Shown here in pieces: positions 1-7,978 of a stretch of 32,000 bases of DNA. A program made the position numbers and the translations under genes. The notes beneath the pieces are model-generated. The model searched no databases and was not told the DNA's origin. It was given only the letters and a program-made list of their open reading frames with translations. This DNA comes from Acaryochloris thomasi RCC1774. Lineage in GTDB: Bacteria > Cyanobacteriota > Cyanobacteriia > Thermosynechococcales > Thermosynechococcaceae. Each line of letters opens with the position of its first letter. Within the stretch, counting starts at the first letter, position 1. The DNA is taken from contig NZ_PQWO01000013.1 in NCBI RefSeq assembly GCF_003231495.1, forward strand, positions 1-32,000, read 5' to 3'.

Positions 1-1
1 A

Positions 2-118
2 CGCCAACGCGTCTCAAGATTGGTGCGCAAGACACTGTCATTCTCCAAAAAGCTAGAGAATCATATCGGTGCTATTTGGTACTTTATTCACCATTACAAT
101 CAATCCTTACCTATTTAG
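2..118 (+). mobile_element. 3' end of an IS1-family transposase gene (last 38 codons plus stop; the gene runs off the left edge)
   Basis: Frame 2 reads RQRVSRLVRKTLSFSKKLENHIGAIWYFIHHYNQSLPI*. This aligns almost position for position with my recollection of the E. coli IS1 InsB C-terminus (..[35 protein letters not shown]). It is absent from the ORF track because it has no in-window start. The IS terminal inverted repeat was not identified. Confidence 0.7.
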
Positions 119-221
119 GACTACCCAGATATTGATTGGTAAGACAGTCTGTATCTTTAATTCACGGTACTGCAGTGCAGGAGTCATGCTGCTTCAAATC
201 AGCATCTGTACTCCAGAACCT

Positions 222-1268
222 TCAGTGGGGCAAAATTGCAGCTTTGATTGTTTTGCGATCGCGCATATCAAAAAACGCCTGTTCTAGGTTTTTCAGCGGC
301 TGCTGATCGGTAATTAACTGGTCAAACGGAAGCTTCTGACTCGCCAACAGCGCCAACGACTCTCGGACAAAGTGAGGCGTATTGTGAAACACCCCTTTAA
401 GCGTTAGCTCGCTGTAGTGGAGTAGCCCCGTATCGACAGAGATTTTTGTGGCTTTGGGACAGCCGCCGAACAGGTTGACCGTGGCTCCCGGTCGGGCAGA
501 TGCGATCGCATCCTCCCAGACGGCAGGCACCCCCGTCGCCTCGACCACGATATCGGCCCCTCGTCCTGCCGTTAAGTCTCGCACCTGCTCCGGCAAGCTT
601 GAGACTTGATGATGATTGAAAATCTGAGCTGCTCCCAACTTTTTCCCTAACTCTAGGCGCTGATCTGATCCACCAAACAACAGCACCTCAGCCCCTTGAT
701 GCGCCAAAACACCCACAAACATCAAACCGATGGCCCCATCGCCAATCACCGCAATCTGTGGCGGCGTGATCCACTCTGAGCGGGGTCGCAGACCCGAGCG
801 GGCCGCGCCGTGTAGAACACAGGCCAGAGGTTCTGTAAGTGACGCCAGCGCATCGGGCATTCCGTCTGGAATCAAGAGTAAATTATGCTGCACAATCGGA
901 GCCGGGATTTTTTGATACTGGGCAAACGTGCCGTTATTGAAGGTCAAATCAGTACACAGCGAATATTCCTGACGCTGGCAATACCAACACGCCATGCAAG
1001 GAGCAGAGTTATTCGCAATCACGCGATCGCCCACCTTCCAAGCCGAGACGCCTTCACCAACGGCCACGATGTGACCGGCAGCTTCGTGGCCAAAGAGCGT
1101 CGGAGGCCGCAGCATTTTGGCATGGCCACCCCGCCGCCATACCTTGAGATCTGTACCGCAGGTGGTGGCAACATCGATTTGAAGAATCACTTCGCCAGAA
1201 TCAGGCGTTGGATCGGTGCAGGTTTCTAACCGTAAATCTTCCTGGCCGTGGAGAACTGCAGCTAGCAC
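222..1268 (-). CDS. Zn-dependent medium-chain alcohol/polyol dehydrogenase (MDR family)
   Basis: GHEAAGHIVAVGEGV is the catalytic-Zn GHE motif. CMACWYCQRQEYSLC is the structural-Zn Cx2Cx2Cx7C motif. VIGDGAIGLM is a GxGxxG Rossmann motif. The start is GTG at 1268, preceded by aagagga. The N-terminus MLAAVLHG..DLRLE is typical of the family. Confidence 0.85.
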   Translation of the reverse strand: MLAAVLHGQEDLRLETCTDPTPDSGEVILQIDVATTCGTDLKVWRRGGHAKMLRPPTLFGHEAAGHIVAVGEGVSAWKVGDRVIANNSAPCMACWYCQRQEYSLCTDLTFNNGTFAQYQKIPAPIVQHNLLLIPDGMPDALASLTEPLACVLHGAARSGLRPRSEWITPPQIAVIGDGAIGLMFVGVLAHQGAEVLLFGGSDQRLELGKKLGAAQIFNHHQVSSLPEQVRDLTAGRGADIVVEATGVPAVWEDAIASARPGATVNLFGGCPKATKISVDTGLLHYSELTLKGVFHNTPHFVRESLALLASQKLPFDQLITDQQPLKNLEQAFFDMRDRKTIKAAILPH

Positions 1269-1395
1269 TTTTTATCCTCTTATCTGTCCCATAATAGTAG
1301 CGGCTTTCTATCCGACGGCTCAGCCGATGTTAAAAGAAACGTTTTATAGTGAAAATGCTCCGACCCTATGCTTTTGCCCGTCTAATCATTGATAT

Positions 1396-2424
1396 ATGGA
1401 CATTGATCACGCTCACTTCTACGTGCATGACGCTGAGCGCTCCCGCGATTGGTTTGTACGCACAATGGGATTCAGGGCAATCGGGCAACAGCAGGATTTA
1501 AAGACACAGACTGAAATTTTACAAACGGGAGCAGTCACGATTCGAGTGTCGTCTCCCCGAACGTCATCAAGCCCTGTGGCAGCTTATTTAAAACAGCATC
1601 CCCCCGGCGTCGCAGATCTAGCCTTTCGAGTGACAGATCTTGAGGCATTGCTGGAGCGGGTGAAGCGTCACCGAGTCTCTCTACTTTCATCATCACCCTC
1701 AGATCGGCATCAGGTCACCATTCAAGGCTGGGGAAATCTCCGGCATACGCTCGTTCAGTCTCAAGCAAAGGCATCGTCTGCTTCAACGACTTCAGAAGCC
1801 ATTGATTCACCGGTCGACAATGGCCCCACCTTGCTCAAGATTGATCACGCAGTACTAAATGTCGAGCGCGATCAGCTCCAGGATGCTATTGGTTGGTATC
1901 AGGCGGTGCTGGGATTTGAAGCCCGAGACTATTTTAATATTCAGACGGAGCGGTCGGCACTCTGTAGTCAGGTGTTAGTGCATCCTGAGGGCACAGCCCA
2001 GTTTCCGATTAACGAACCGGCCTCGATGCGATCGCAAATCCAAGAATTCCTGGACTGCAACCACGGACCTGGAATTCAACATATTGCTTTAAGCACCGTC
2101 AACATTACCCAAACCGTTAGGCAGCTGCGTCAGCGGGGCCTCAGCTTTTTAGAAATTCCACCGAGCTACTATGCACAACTGCGGCAGCAGGCGTCATCAA
2201 TGCTAGAGCTAGAGGCTATCGAAGAACAGCGAATATTAGTAGAACTACAGCAACCCTCTCAAGCGCTGCTACAAACCTTTACTCAACCCATCTTTGCGCA
2301 ACCCACCTTTTTCTTTGAAGTGATCGAGCGTCGACTTCGAGCACGGGGCTTTGGGGAACGAAATTTTACAGCACTATTTGAGGCCATTGAGCGAGAACAA
2401 CTGAAGCGAGGGACGCTTGTTTAA
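1396..2424 (+). CDS. hppD: 4-hydroxyphenylpyruvate dioxygenase
   Basis: Two VOC/glyoxalase-fold halves are present. Characteristic motifs are IDHAHFYV, FPINEP..SQIQEFL..NHGPGIQHIAL, FLEIPPSYY, and FFFEVIERR..GFGERNFTALFEAIEREQ at the C-terminus. Confidence 0.9.
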   Translation: MDIDHAHFYVHDAERSRDWFVRTMGFRAIGQQQDLKTQTEILQTGAVTIRVSSPRTSSSPVAAYLKQHPPGVADLAFRVTDLEALLERVKRHRVSLLSSSPSDRHQVTIQGWGNLRHTLVQSQAKASSASTTSEAIDSPVDNGPTLLKIDHAVLNVERDQLQDAIGWYQAVLGFEARDYFNIQTERSALCSQVLVHPEGTAQFPINEPASMRSQIQEFLDCNHGPGIQHIALSTVNITQTVRQLRQRGLSFLEIPPSYYAQLRQQASSMLELEAIEEQRILVELQQPSQALLQTFTQPIFAQPTFFFEVIERRLRARGFGERNFTALFEAIEREQLKRGTLV

Positions 2425-2653
2425 AACCCTAGAAGGGTTCACATGCCTACCTCTAGCTTTTACCCTCCTCAGGACAAGCGTTTAAGAACCGTTGGGGAAC
2501 TTCCGGGTGCCTGAGTGTCTTCTCAGACTCAATTCAGTCATCTTCTATATAGGGTTTAGATGTCGTTCAGGTTGGCCTGTCACTCTAAAAACTGTAAGCA
2601 GTAATACAAAAATAGATGTTAACTGCATCACCCCTCACAAGGAGAAAAATGGT

Positions 2654-2992
2654 ATGGCTAACAAAGTAATTTTAGGTGCCCTTGCTGTTATCCCTGGTGC
2701 TTTAGCCCTCGGCAGCGTATTGAATCTGACCACACCTGCTCATGCTTTTGAGCTTGAGCATTCCCAGGATGGAGCGGGTCAAATTGTGAAGACTCGAAAG
2801 TCTGAAGCGCCTGCAGCCCAGTTAGCCCGTCAAACTGAGACTCGACGCTCTACGATTTTTGTCAGAGGCCACCACGGTGCTCAGAAGATTGTGACCGAAG
2901 AAGGGGTCGGTGGCTCTAGTGGAGAATACAAGGGATTTCCTAAACTAGAGCAACGTGGCTCTCATGGTGGTTACCGCCTTGTGAATGACTAA
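2654..2992 (+). CDS. Small secreted hypothetical protein (112 aa)
   Basis: ATG at 2654 is preceded by aaggag (2639-2644). The N-terminus MANKVILGALAVIPGALALGSVLNLTTPAHA/FE looks like a Sec signal peptide with an AHA cleavage site. The track ORF from 2492 is probably an artefactual 5' extension. No family was recognised. Confidence 0.5.
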   Translation: MANKVILGALAVIPGALALGSVLNLTTPAHAFELEHSQDGAGQIVKTRKSEAPAAQLARQTETRRSTIFVRGHHGAQKIVTEEGVGGSSGEYKGFPKLEQRGSHGGYRLVND

Positions 2993-3024
2993 AAAGAAGG
3001 GCAGCTACCCAGTAAAGCCGAAGT

Positions 3025-3237
3025 CAACGTAGTAAGTAGATAGGCTTAATTGAATTGAAGATTCCTGATTAAATTCAATATCGTTGCATTGGCCCTCACC
3101 CCCCCAGCCCCCCTCGCCCAATGTTGGGAGAGGGGCTGGGGGTGAGGGCCATGTAGAGCATTTGCAAATATCTGATCTTTAACTTGATTCTGCCTCGCTA
3201 CTTACATTGTCTAGCGGTCATCAATCGTACTACGTTG
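3025..3237. repeat. MITE-like nested imperfect palindrome (about 210 bp) in an AT-rich intergenic region
   Basis: The outer inverted repeat is caacgtagta (3025-3034) with tactacgttg (3228-3237). A second is gtaagtag (3032-3039) with ctacttac (3198-3205). The arms in between share further degenerate similarity and surround the GC-rich central hairpin at 3091-3150. Confidence 0.4.
3091..3150. repeat. 60-nt GC-tract hairpin (C-run/G-run palindrome)
   Basis: ggccctcaccccc(cc)agcccc(cc)tc.ccca atg ttggg.gaggggctgggggtgagggcc. The stem blocks are 13 + 6 + 2 + 4 bp, with two CC bulges and one mismatch. It lies 99 nt downstream of the 2654-2992 gene. Confidence 0.8.
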
Positions 3238-3408
3238 CGCTTCTTTGCCTCATAAACTCTGCAATGCATGAATGACAGAATTAAGATATTTTTATTCAAC
3301 TAAAGTAATTAAAATCATTTCACGTCAGTACATTTACGGAAGTTTTTGGGAAAGCTAAGTAGTAACTTGACTAACAGAGCAATACTATGCAGTTAATGGG
3401 GGTCATTT

Positions 3409-3741
3409 GTGATTACATCTGTAGAGGTTGAGCATTCCAGTAGAGTGCATGCTCAGAGAAGAATAAGGTCTAGATTCTCTAGGCTTCTGCAAGACTGGCA
3501 AAGAAAATCTAGGGTTCACTACTACCAATCATTCAATCAAGACGTCAATTTTTTTATTGAGGAAAGTACCGAGCATTCTGGTGAACACTACATGACTGCT
3601 CACCACTTTGGCGTTAAAGAGAATGATTTGATTCAGATTCAAGATTCCGATGTTCTCACAACCTACAAAGTTCTAGAAATTGATTACTACTCAGACCCAC
3701 CAGAGATGTGGACGGCTCGCTTAACAAGTGAGGTAGAGTAG
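3409..3741 (+). CDS. Hypothetical protein (orphan; start uncertain, GTG at 3409 or ATG at 3592)
   Basis: This is the only long ORF in an AT-rich stretch, and I recognised no family. An internal Met gives MTAHHFGVKENDLIQIQDSDVLTTYKVLEIDYYSDPPEMW. It may not be a real gene. Confidence 0.3.
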   Translation: MITSVEVEHSSRVHAQRRIRSRFSRLLQDWQRKSRVHYYQSFNQDVNFFIEESTEHSGEHYMTAHHFGVKENDLIQIQDSDVLTTYKVLEIDYYSDPPEMWTARLTSEVE

Positions 3742-3757
3742 CCTTTCCATCGGCTTT

Positions 3758-3786
3758 GTAGCATGAATCGACTAGACTCATGCTAC
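3758..3786. terminator. Hairpin between convergent genes (candidate bidirectional terminator)
   Basis: gtagcatga (3758-3766) pairs perfectly with tcatgctac (3778-3786), leaving an 11-nt loop. It starts 9 nt beyond the stop of the GS-like gene at 3795. There is no clear U-tract on either strand. Confidence 0.35.
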
Positions 3787-3794
3787 TGGCGCTA

Positions 3795-5159
3795 TTAGAA
3801 AAATTTGAGATAGCGCTGAATTTCCCAATCAGAGATGTGACAGTGATACTCTTCCCATTCTTGGGTTTTGAAGTCAATGTAGGTCTGGTACATGAGAGGG
3901 CCCATCACCTCTTTGCTGAGCGGGTCGGCGGCGAAACTTGCGATCGCATCCCCCAAAGTCTTCGGCAGCGTCTCAACCCCCATCTCCTTGAGTTCTTCAA
4001 GGGAATAGTCATACATATTCTCAGTATGAGGTGCCCCAGGGTCTAACCCTTCTCGGATGCCCTCTAGCCCAGCCGCTAAAATCATCGCTGCACCTAAATA
4101 AAGATTAGTCGAAATATCGGCAGCACGGCATTCCACTCGTCCACCTCCGAGAGGAATACGGAGCATATTGGTACGGTTATTGTTGCCATAGCAGACATAA
4201 ACAGGTGCCCAGGTAAATCCAGACATGCTGCCCTTGCGGACCAGCCGCTTGTAGCTGTTCACCGTCGGACAGGTGACTGAAACAATGGCTTTAGCGTGCT
4301 TCAATACCCCAGCAATAAACTGATAGCCCAGCTTCGAGAGGCCACAGGTATCAAGCGGGTCTTCAAAGAGATTTTTACCCGTTTCAGGATCCGCCAGGGA
4401 CATATTGTAGTGGGCACCGCTGCCGGTCTGATTGGCAAAAGGCTTAGGCATAAAGCTAGCAAAGTAGCCTTCTTCTCTCGCCAGTTCCTTAACCATGAAG
4501 CGAAAGAACGTCAGCCGGTCGGCCATCTTGAGGCCATCGCAGTAAGTGAAATCAGTCTCAAACTGGCCCTGAGCATCTTCGTGGTCAAAGGAATAGACAT
4601 CCCAGCCCAGGTCATTCATGGCACTGACAATGCGATCGATGATTTTGTAGTTATCCAGCACCGTTGGCAGCGCATAGGCCGCCTTGGGTAGGGTGTCGCG
4701 ATCGCTGACCGGACTAAATCCGCTTTCAGTTTCCTTGAAAATAAAGAACTCCGTTTCGATTCCTAAATTAAAGCGATAGCCCATGTCTGCAGCCTGCTTC
4801 AGAACCCGCTTGAGGATGGTGCGGCTGCAGGCTTCAAAGGGTTCGCCCACCAGATGCAAATCGCTGGCAAACCAGGCGATCTCAGAGTTCCAGGGTAGAA
4901 CAGTAACGCTGTCGGGGTCAGGCATTGTACCCACTTCATCATCGTTAATCTCCTGAGGAACGCCATCAAGGGCAGCACCTGTGAATAACTCAGAACCCTG
5001 CATCATTCGGTCAAAATGACTCATGGGGACAACTTTGCCCTTGCACATGCCGTGAATATCGACAAAGCTCGCCATTGCATATTTCACCCCTTGCTCCTGG
5101 AGTGTTGACTGCAGTGCCTGGAGTTCAGGAGAAAGAGATTGGAAGTTGGGGAAAGACAT
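3795..5159 (-). CDS. Glutamine synthetase-like ATP-dependent gamma-glutamyl ligase (paralogue A)
   Basis: The protein is 454 aa. GS catalytic motifs are present: GIETEFF, FDHEDAQGQFE, GSGAHYN, NSYKRL, MLRIP, VECR. The N-terminal beta-grasp region is VDIHGMCKGKVVP. ATG at 5159. Confidence 0.85.
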   Translation of the reverse strand: MSFPNFQSLSPELQALQSTLQEQGVKYAMASFVDIHGMCKGKVVPMSHFDRMMQGSELFTGAALDGVPQEINDDEVGTMPDPDSVTVLPWNSEIAWFASDLHLVGEPFEACSRTILKRVLKQAADMGYRFNLGIETEFFIFKETESGFSPVSDRDTLPKAAYALPTVLDNYKIIDRIVSAMNDLGWDVYSFDHEDAQGQFETDFTYCDGLKMADRLTFFRFMVKELAREEGYFASFMPKPFANQTGSGAHYNMSLADPETGKNLFEDPLDTCGLSKLGYQFIAGVLKHAKAIVSVTCPTVNSYKRLVRKGSMSGFTWAPVYVCYGNNNRTNMLRIPLGGGRVECRAADISTNLYLGAAMILAAGLEGIREGLDPGAPHTENMYDYSLEELKEMGVETLPKTLGDAIASFAADPLSKEVMGPLMYQTYIDFKTQEWEEYHCHISDWEIQRYLKFF

Positions 5160-5186
5160 AGGGCTATATGCGAGTTGAGCGTGAAT

Positions 5187-5897
5187 CTAGACAGAGAGAG
5201 AAACAGGAACAAGATTAATCCAGAAGTTTGCCACCTGTTCGGCAAAGCGGGCTGACTGATGAGCATAGTGCGCGAGCTGTTCAGCCACCTGCTGATCGAG
5301 ATCAGGATAGTTTTTCTCAACCCACTCATTTTTTGTCGCCAGCCATTTCCTGACGATCTCAGGCGTGACCTCTAGATGAAATTGAAAGCCATAAATATTG
5401 CGGCCGATGCGATACGCCTGATGTTTACAGATGTCATTGGTCATCAGCAGGGTGGCCTGATTGGGTAAATCAAAGGTATCAAAGTGCCACTGCATCAGGT
5501 GTAAATCATCAGGGCAGCCCTGCAGCCAGGGTTCCTCCGCCGTGGGGTCAGCCACCGTAATAGGCACAAAACCAATTTCAGGCACCGTGTGTGGATAGAC
5601 CTGACGACCGAAGGCGCGAGCAATTAACTGCGCTCCTAAACACACACCCATGATGGGTTTTCCCTCTGCGTGAAATTGATGAATGAGTTCTACGCATTGA
5701 TGCAGATGTGGAAATTTTTCATCTTCATGGGCATTCATTGAACCGCCCAGAAGAATCAAACCTGCATAGTCCCCTTCAGGTGGTGCTTCTTCCTCTGCTG
5801 ACAACCAGATGGACAGGTTGGCCCCTTGCTGAATTAGGGCGTCACCTAAGACGCCAATAGGATCTAAAGCACCACTTTGGATTACAAGGATATTCAT
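5187..5897 (-). CDS. Class-I glutamine amidotransferase-fold protein (candidate gamma-glutamyl-amide hydrolase)
   Basis: The nucleophile elbow is GVCLGAQL. GFQFHLEV supplies the His/Glu of the triad. It is a stand-alone 236-aa GATase1 domain with no synthase domain attached. It lies 27 nt upstream of GS-like paralogue A on the same strand. Confidence 0.85.
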   Translation of the reverse strand: MNILVIQSGALDPIGVLGDALIQQGANLSIWLSAEEEAPPEGDYAGLILLGGSMNAHEDEKFPHLHQCVELIHQFHAEGKPIMGVCLGAQLIARAFGRQVYPHTVPEIGFVPITVADPTAEEPWLQGCPDDLHLMQWHFDTFDLPNQATLLMTNDICKHQAYRIGRNIYGFQFHLEVTPEIVRKWLATKNEWVEKNYPDLDQQVAEQLAHYAHQSARFAEQVANFWINLVPVSLSV

Positions 5898-5949
5898 TGC
5901 GATCGCATCTGAATCTTATTTAGACCAATAAGCAGTTTCATACTGCCCT

Positions 5950-6804
5950 CTAAATATGCCTGACGATAAAGCTTAAAACTGTATCCAGAAAATCAAGCAG
6001 AGGATCTAGAAAGCCTAGAGACTCCTGAGAATCTAGAAAATCAAGCCCAGAATATAGCAAAGCAATCATCGGGCTATCTGATAGTGGCAGTTCTAGCACC
6101 AACCACAAAGCTGCAGCTATAAACGTCAAAGCTGCTAGGAATAGCAAACGCTTCTCTTCAGGCCCCATATCAATGCGAAACTTCTGTCCACTGAGTTCGG
6201 ATGCGCGGTAAAGCGTATAGCGGCTCGGGGACGGCAGCTTATCTCGATAGTCAGTTCCATAACGCGCTGTGTGGGCAAAGGTCAATGCACCCACAGAACG
6301 TTGAGATAAAATCCGACGCCTTTGGTAGGGAACGGTATAGTCGCCAAAGGAGTCCATATATTCTTCACTATCAAGCAGCTCAGCAATGAAGCCCCTCAGA
6401 CCTTTTGTAGCCAGAACAATGGACCAAGCCAACTTCTCCCGCTCGTTATAGACGGGGCGGCCTAAGAGCCGTTGAATGCAGAGTTCAGTAAATCGATAGT
6501 TATTGTTGACCTCATAATTGAGCCGCCGAAAGGCTTCGGATGTCGCTAAGCCTCGAATAAACTCTTTTACTGTGATTTGGCCAATTCTAAGCTGTGACTC
6601 TAGAAAAGGTTGTCGGCAGGCAGAGAGGTTCTGCTGTTCATGATAGACCTGCAGATAAGCCGCTTCGATCAAGCTATCCATTTCACTTGCTGAGAGTACG
6701 TACTGAATTGAATAGACTCTTGCCTGCTCATCGCTAGGAAGCTCAAAGCTTGCAACGCGATTGTTCTGAGATGCAGGAGGATACTTCAGCAAAGGTAGTG
6801 CCAT
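5950..6804 (-). CDS. cpcL: Phycobilisome rod-core/rod-membrane linker, CpcG family with a hydrophobic C-terminus (CpcL/CpcG2 type)
   Basis: The N-terminus is MALPLLKYPPASQNNRV. The PBS-linker domain is FLESQLRIGQITVKEFIRGLATSEAFRRLNYEVNNNYRFTELCIQRLLGRPVYNEREKLAWSIVLATKGLRGFIAELLDSEEYMDSFGDYTVPYQRRRIL, which closely matches CpcG sequences as I recall them. A predicted TM helix LLFLAALTFIAAALWLVLEL spans aa 220-239. Confidence 0.85.
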   Translation of the reverse strand: MALPLLKYPPASQNNRVASFELPSDEQARVYSIQYVLSASEMDSLIEAAYLQVYHEQQNLSACRQPFLESQLRIGQITVKEFIRGLATSEAFRRLNYEVNNNYRFTELCIQRLLGRPVYNEREKLAWSIVLATKGLRGFIAELLDSEEYMDSFGDYTVPYQRRRILSQRSVGALTFAHTARYGTDYRDKLPSPSRYTLYRASELSGQKFRIDMGPEEKRLLFLAALTFIAAALWLVLELPLSDSPMIALLYSGLDFLDSQESLGFLDPLLDFLDTVLSFIVRHI

Positions 6805-6882
6805 ATGGAAAGCCTTTCAAGCTAGACGTGATTTCCATAAACCATTCTAGAGTTAACTGATTCGATTCATCATTGGCATATT

Positions 6883-7962
6883 TTACTGTTCTGCAAGGAG
6901 ACTTTTCATCGGTTCAAAGGCAATGCCAGCTTCAGGCTCTGCTTTTTCCTCTACTAGCCCGAACTTCATCCACCATTCACTGGTGAGATCCCAGTGGTCT
7001 CTAATTTGTCCATTCTTCATGCCCAGAGGTGGCTCTCCCTCGGCTAACCCCATGAACTTCGAGGCTTCTTCTAAATCAAAGACCGCAATGCCGCCTTTAT
7101 AGATTTCGCCGTCGGCACCAATCACGTTCTCTACATCTTTGACGTCAAACTTTAAGCCTTCGGCAATAATCTTGTTGCCCTCTTCCGGGTTCTCTTTCCA
7201 GAACGTAACTGCCTCGAAGTAGGCTTTCATAAGCAGCTTCGCGGCTTCAGGACGATCGTTCAACAGCGATTCGCTCATATACATGCCATCCCCCAATAAA
7301 GCCGTTTTAATCCAGAAATCCTCGCTAGAACTTGTTACGGCCCGTGCGCCCTCTAAGCCTTCTAGGACTTGGGTGCCGAATGGCTCCCAGAACTCTCCTG
7401 CGGCCACTTCGCCAGAGAGCATCGCGGCGACGGCATCATCCATAATCACATTGGTAAATTCGACATCTTTGAAGTTGACGCCATTCTCCTCTAGCCAAAT
7501 GCCCATATAAATCTGAGTGAGTCCCCCTTCGAGCACCGCGACCTTTTTCCCCTTCAACTCTGAAGGATCTTTAATTTGAGGGCTGAGGATGATGCGATCG
7601 GTTCCATAGGAGGGGTTTGTATAGCTCACCAGTTTTACAGGAACGTCTTTATCTACAGCGATGGGGCCATACTCCACTGTGCTAGAGGTGGCATCGAGCT
7701 GGCCCGAACTCATGAGGTTGAAGCTTTCGTAAGGATCTTCAATAATGCTGATATCGAGATCTAGCTCAGGAACAAGGTTCTTCTCTTTAGCAATGAACCA
7801 GAAGCCATACCCCGGCCAAGAGAACAGTGAGACTTTAACGGTCTCTTTCTTCTCAACACCTCCTGATGCTCCAGAGTTACCGGAGGTCTGTGAGCTACAG
7901 GCGACCACTGTGAAAGTGACAGCCATTAGGCAAACGAATCCGAACAGTCTTCTTCTTTTCAT
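6883..7962 (-). CDS. ABC transporter substrate-binding lipoprotein, NMT1/NitT-TauT family
   Basis: ATG at 7962 gives MKRRRLFGFVCLMAVTFTVVAC, a lipoprotein signal with a lipobox Cys. The body (VSLFSWPGYGFWFIAKEKNL..GQLDATSS..) resembles nitrate/sulfonate/taurine-type binding proteins. The track ORF start at 8064 would overlap the permease gene and is rejected. Confidence 0.8.
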   Translation of the reverse strand: MKRRRLFGFVCLMAVTFTVVACSSQTSGNSGASGGVEKKETVKVSLFSWPGYGFWFIAKEKNLVPELDLDISIIEDPYESFNLMSSGQLDATSSTVEYGPIAVDKDVPVKLVSYTNPSYGTDRIILSPQIKDPSELKGKKVAVLEGGLTQIYMGIWLEENGVNFKDVEFTNVIMDDAVAAMLSGEVAAGEFWEPFGTQVLEGLEGARAVTSSSEDFWIKTALLGDGMYMSESLLNDRPEAAKLLMKAYFEAVTFWKENPEEGNKIIAEGLKFDVKDVENVIGADGEIYKGGIAVFDLEEASKFMGLAEGEPPLGMKNGQIRDHWDLTSEWWMKFGLVEEKAEPEAGIAFEPMKSLLAEQ

Positions 7963-7978
7963 GAGGCACTCCACACAG

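Noticed and set aside
69-287. ORF 69-287 (+), 72 aa
   Set aside because: It overlaps both the IS1 transposase stub and the 3' end of the Zn-ADH gene. It has no recognisable motif and is hydrophobic and low-complexity.
730-1229. Plus-strand ORFs 730-915 and 885-1229 inside the Zn-ADH gene. Similar antisense or shadow ORFs appear elsewhere in the track: 4296-4691, 6201-6389, 7283-7510, 7576-7999, 8012-8441, 9189-9371, 12749-13084, 13213-13524, 13821-14086, 15160-15437, 15802-16113, 16127-16519, 17945-18380, 20049-20391, 21159-22018, 23774-24187, 24725-25088, 26157-26918, 27158-27379, 27893-28111, 28921-29160 and 30247-30438.
   Set aside because: Each lies entirely within, and antisense to or out of frame with, a longer ORF that has clear family motifs. 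Their translations are low-complexity or Arg/Ser/Pro-rich, as expected for shadow frames in GC-balanced coding DNA.
2425-2439. aaccctagaagggtt hairpin immediately after the hppD stop, considered as a terminator
   Set aside because: It has only a 6-bp stem with a 3-nt loop and no U-tract, which is too weak to call.
2492-2653. 5' extensions of track ORFs that begin at non-ATG codons. The rejected starts are 2492, 8064, 8803, 12236, 22531, 25411 and 30073.
   Set aside because: In each case a downstream ATG gives a sensible N-terminus: a signal peptide, a lipobox, a family-typical start, or one with an adjacent Shine-Dalgarno-like sequence. The 8064 start would also overlap the neighbouring permease gene. 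The starts still need experimental or comparative confirmation.
3300-3400. Possible glutamine (glnA-motif) riboswitch near nitrogen genes, for example acggaagtttttgggaaagctaagtag, plus the leaders at 9639-9800 and 12214-12268
   Set aside because: I found no convincing match to the conserved CGUUCA...GGAAGUAGG...AAGGAACG pattern as I recall it. The 3300-3400 segment is also not upstream of a GS-like gene. A covariance-model scan would be needed to exclude it properly.
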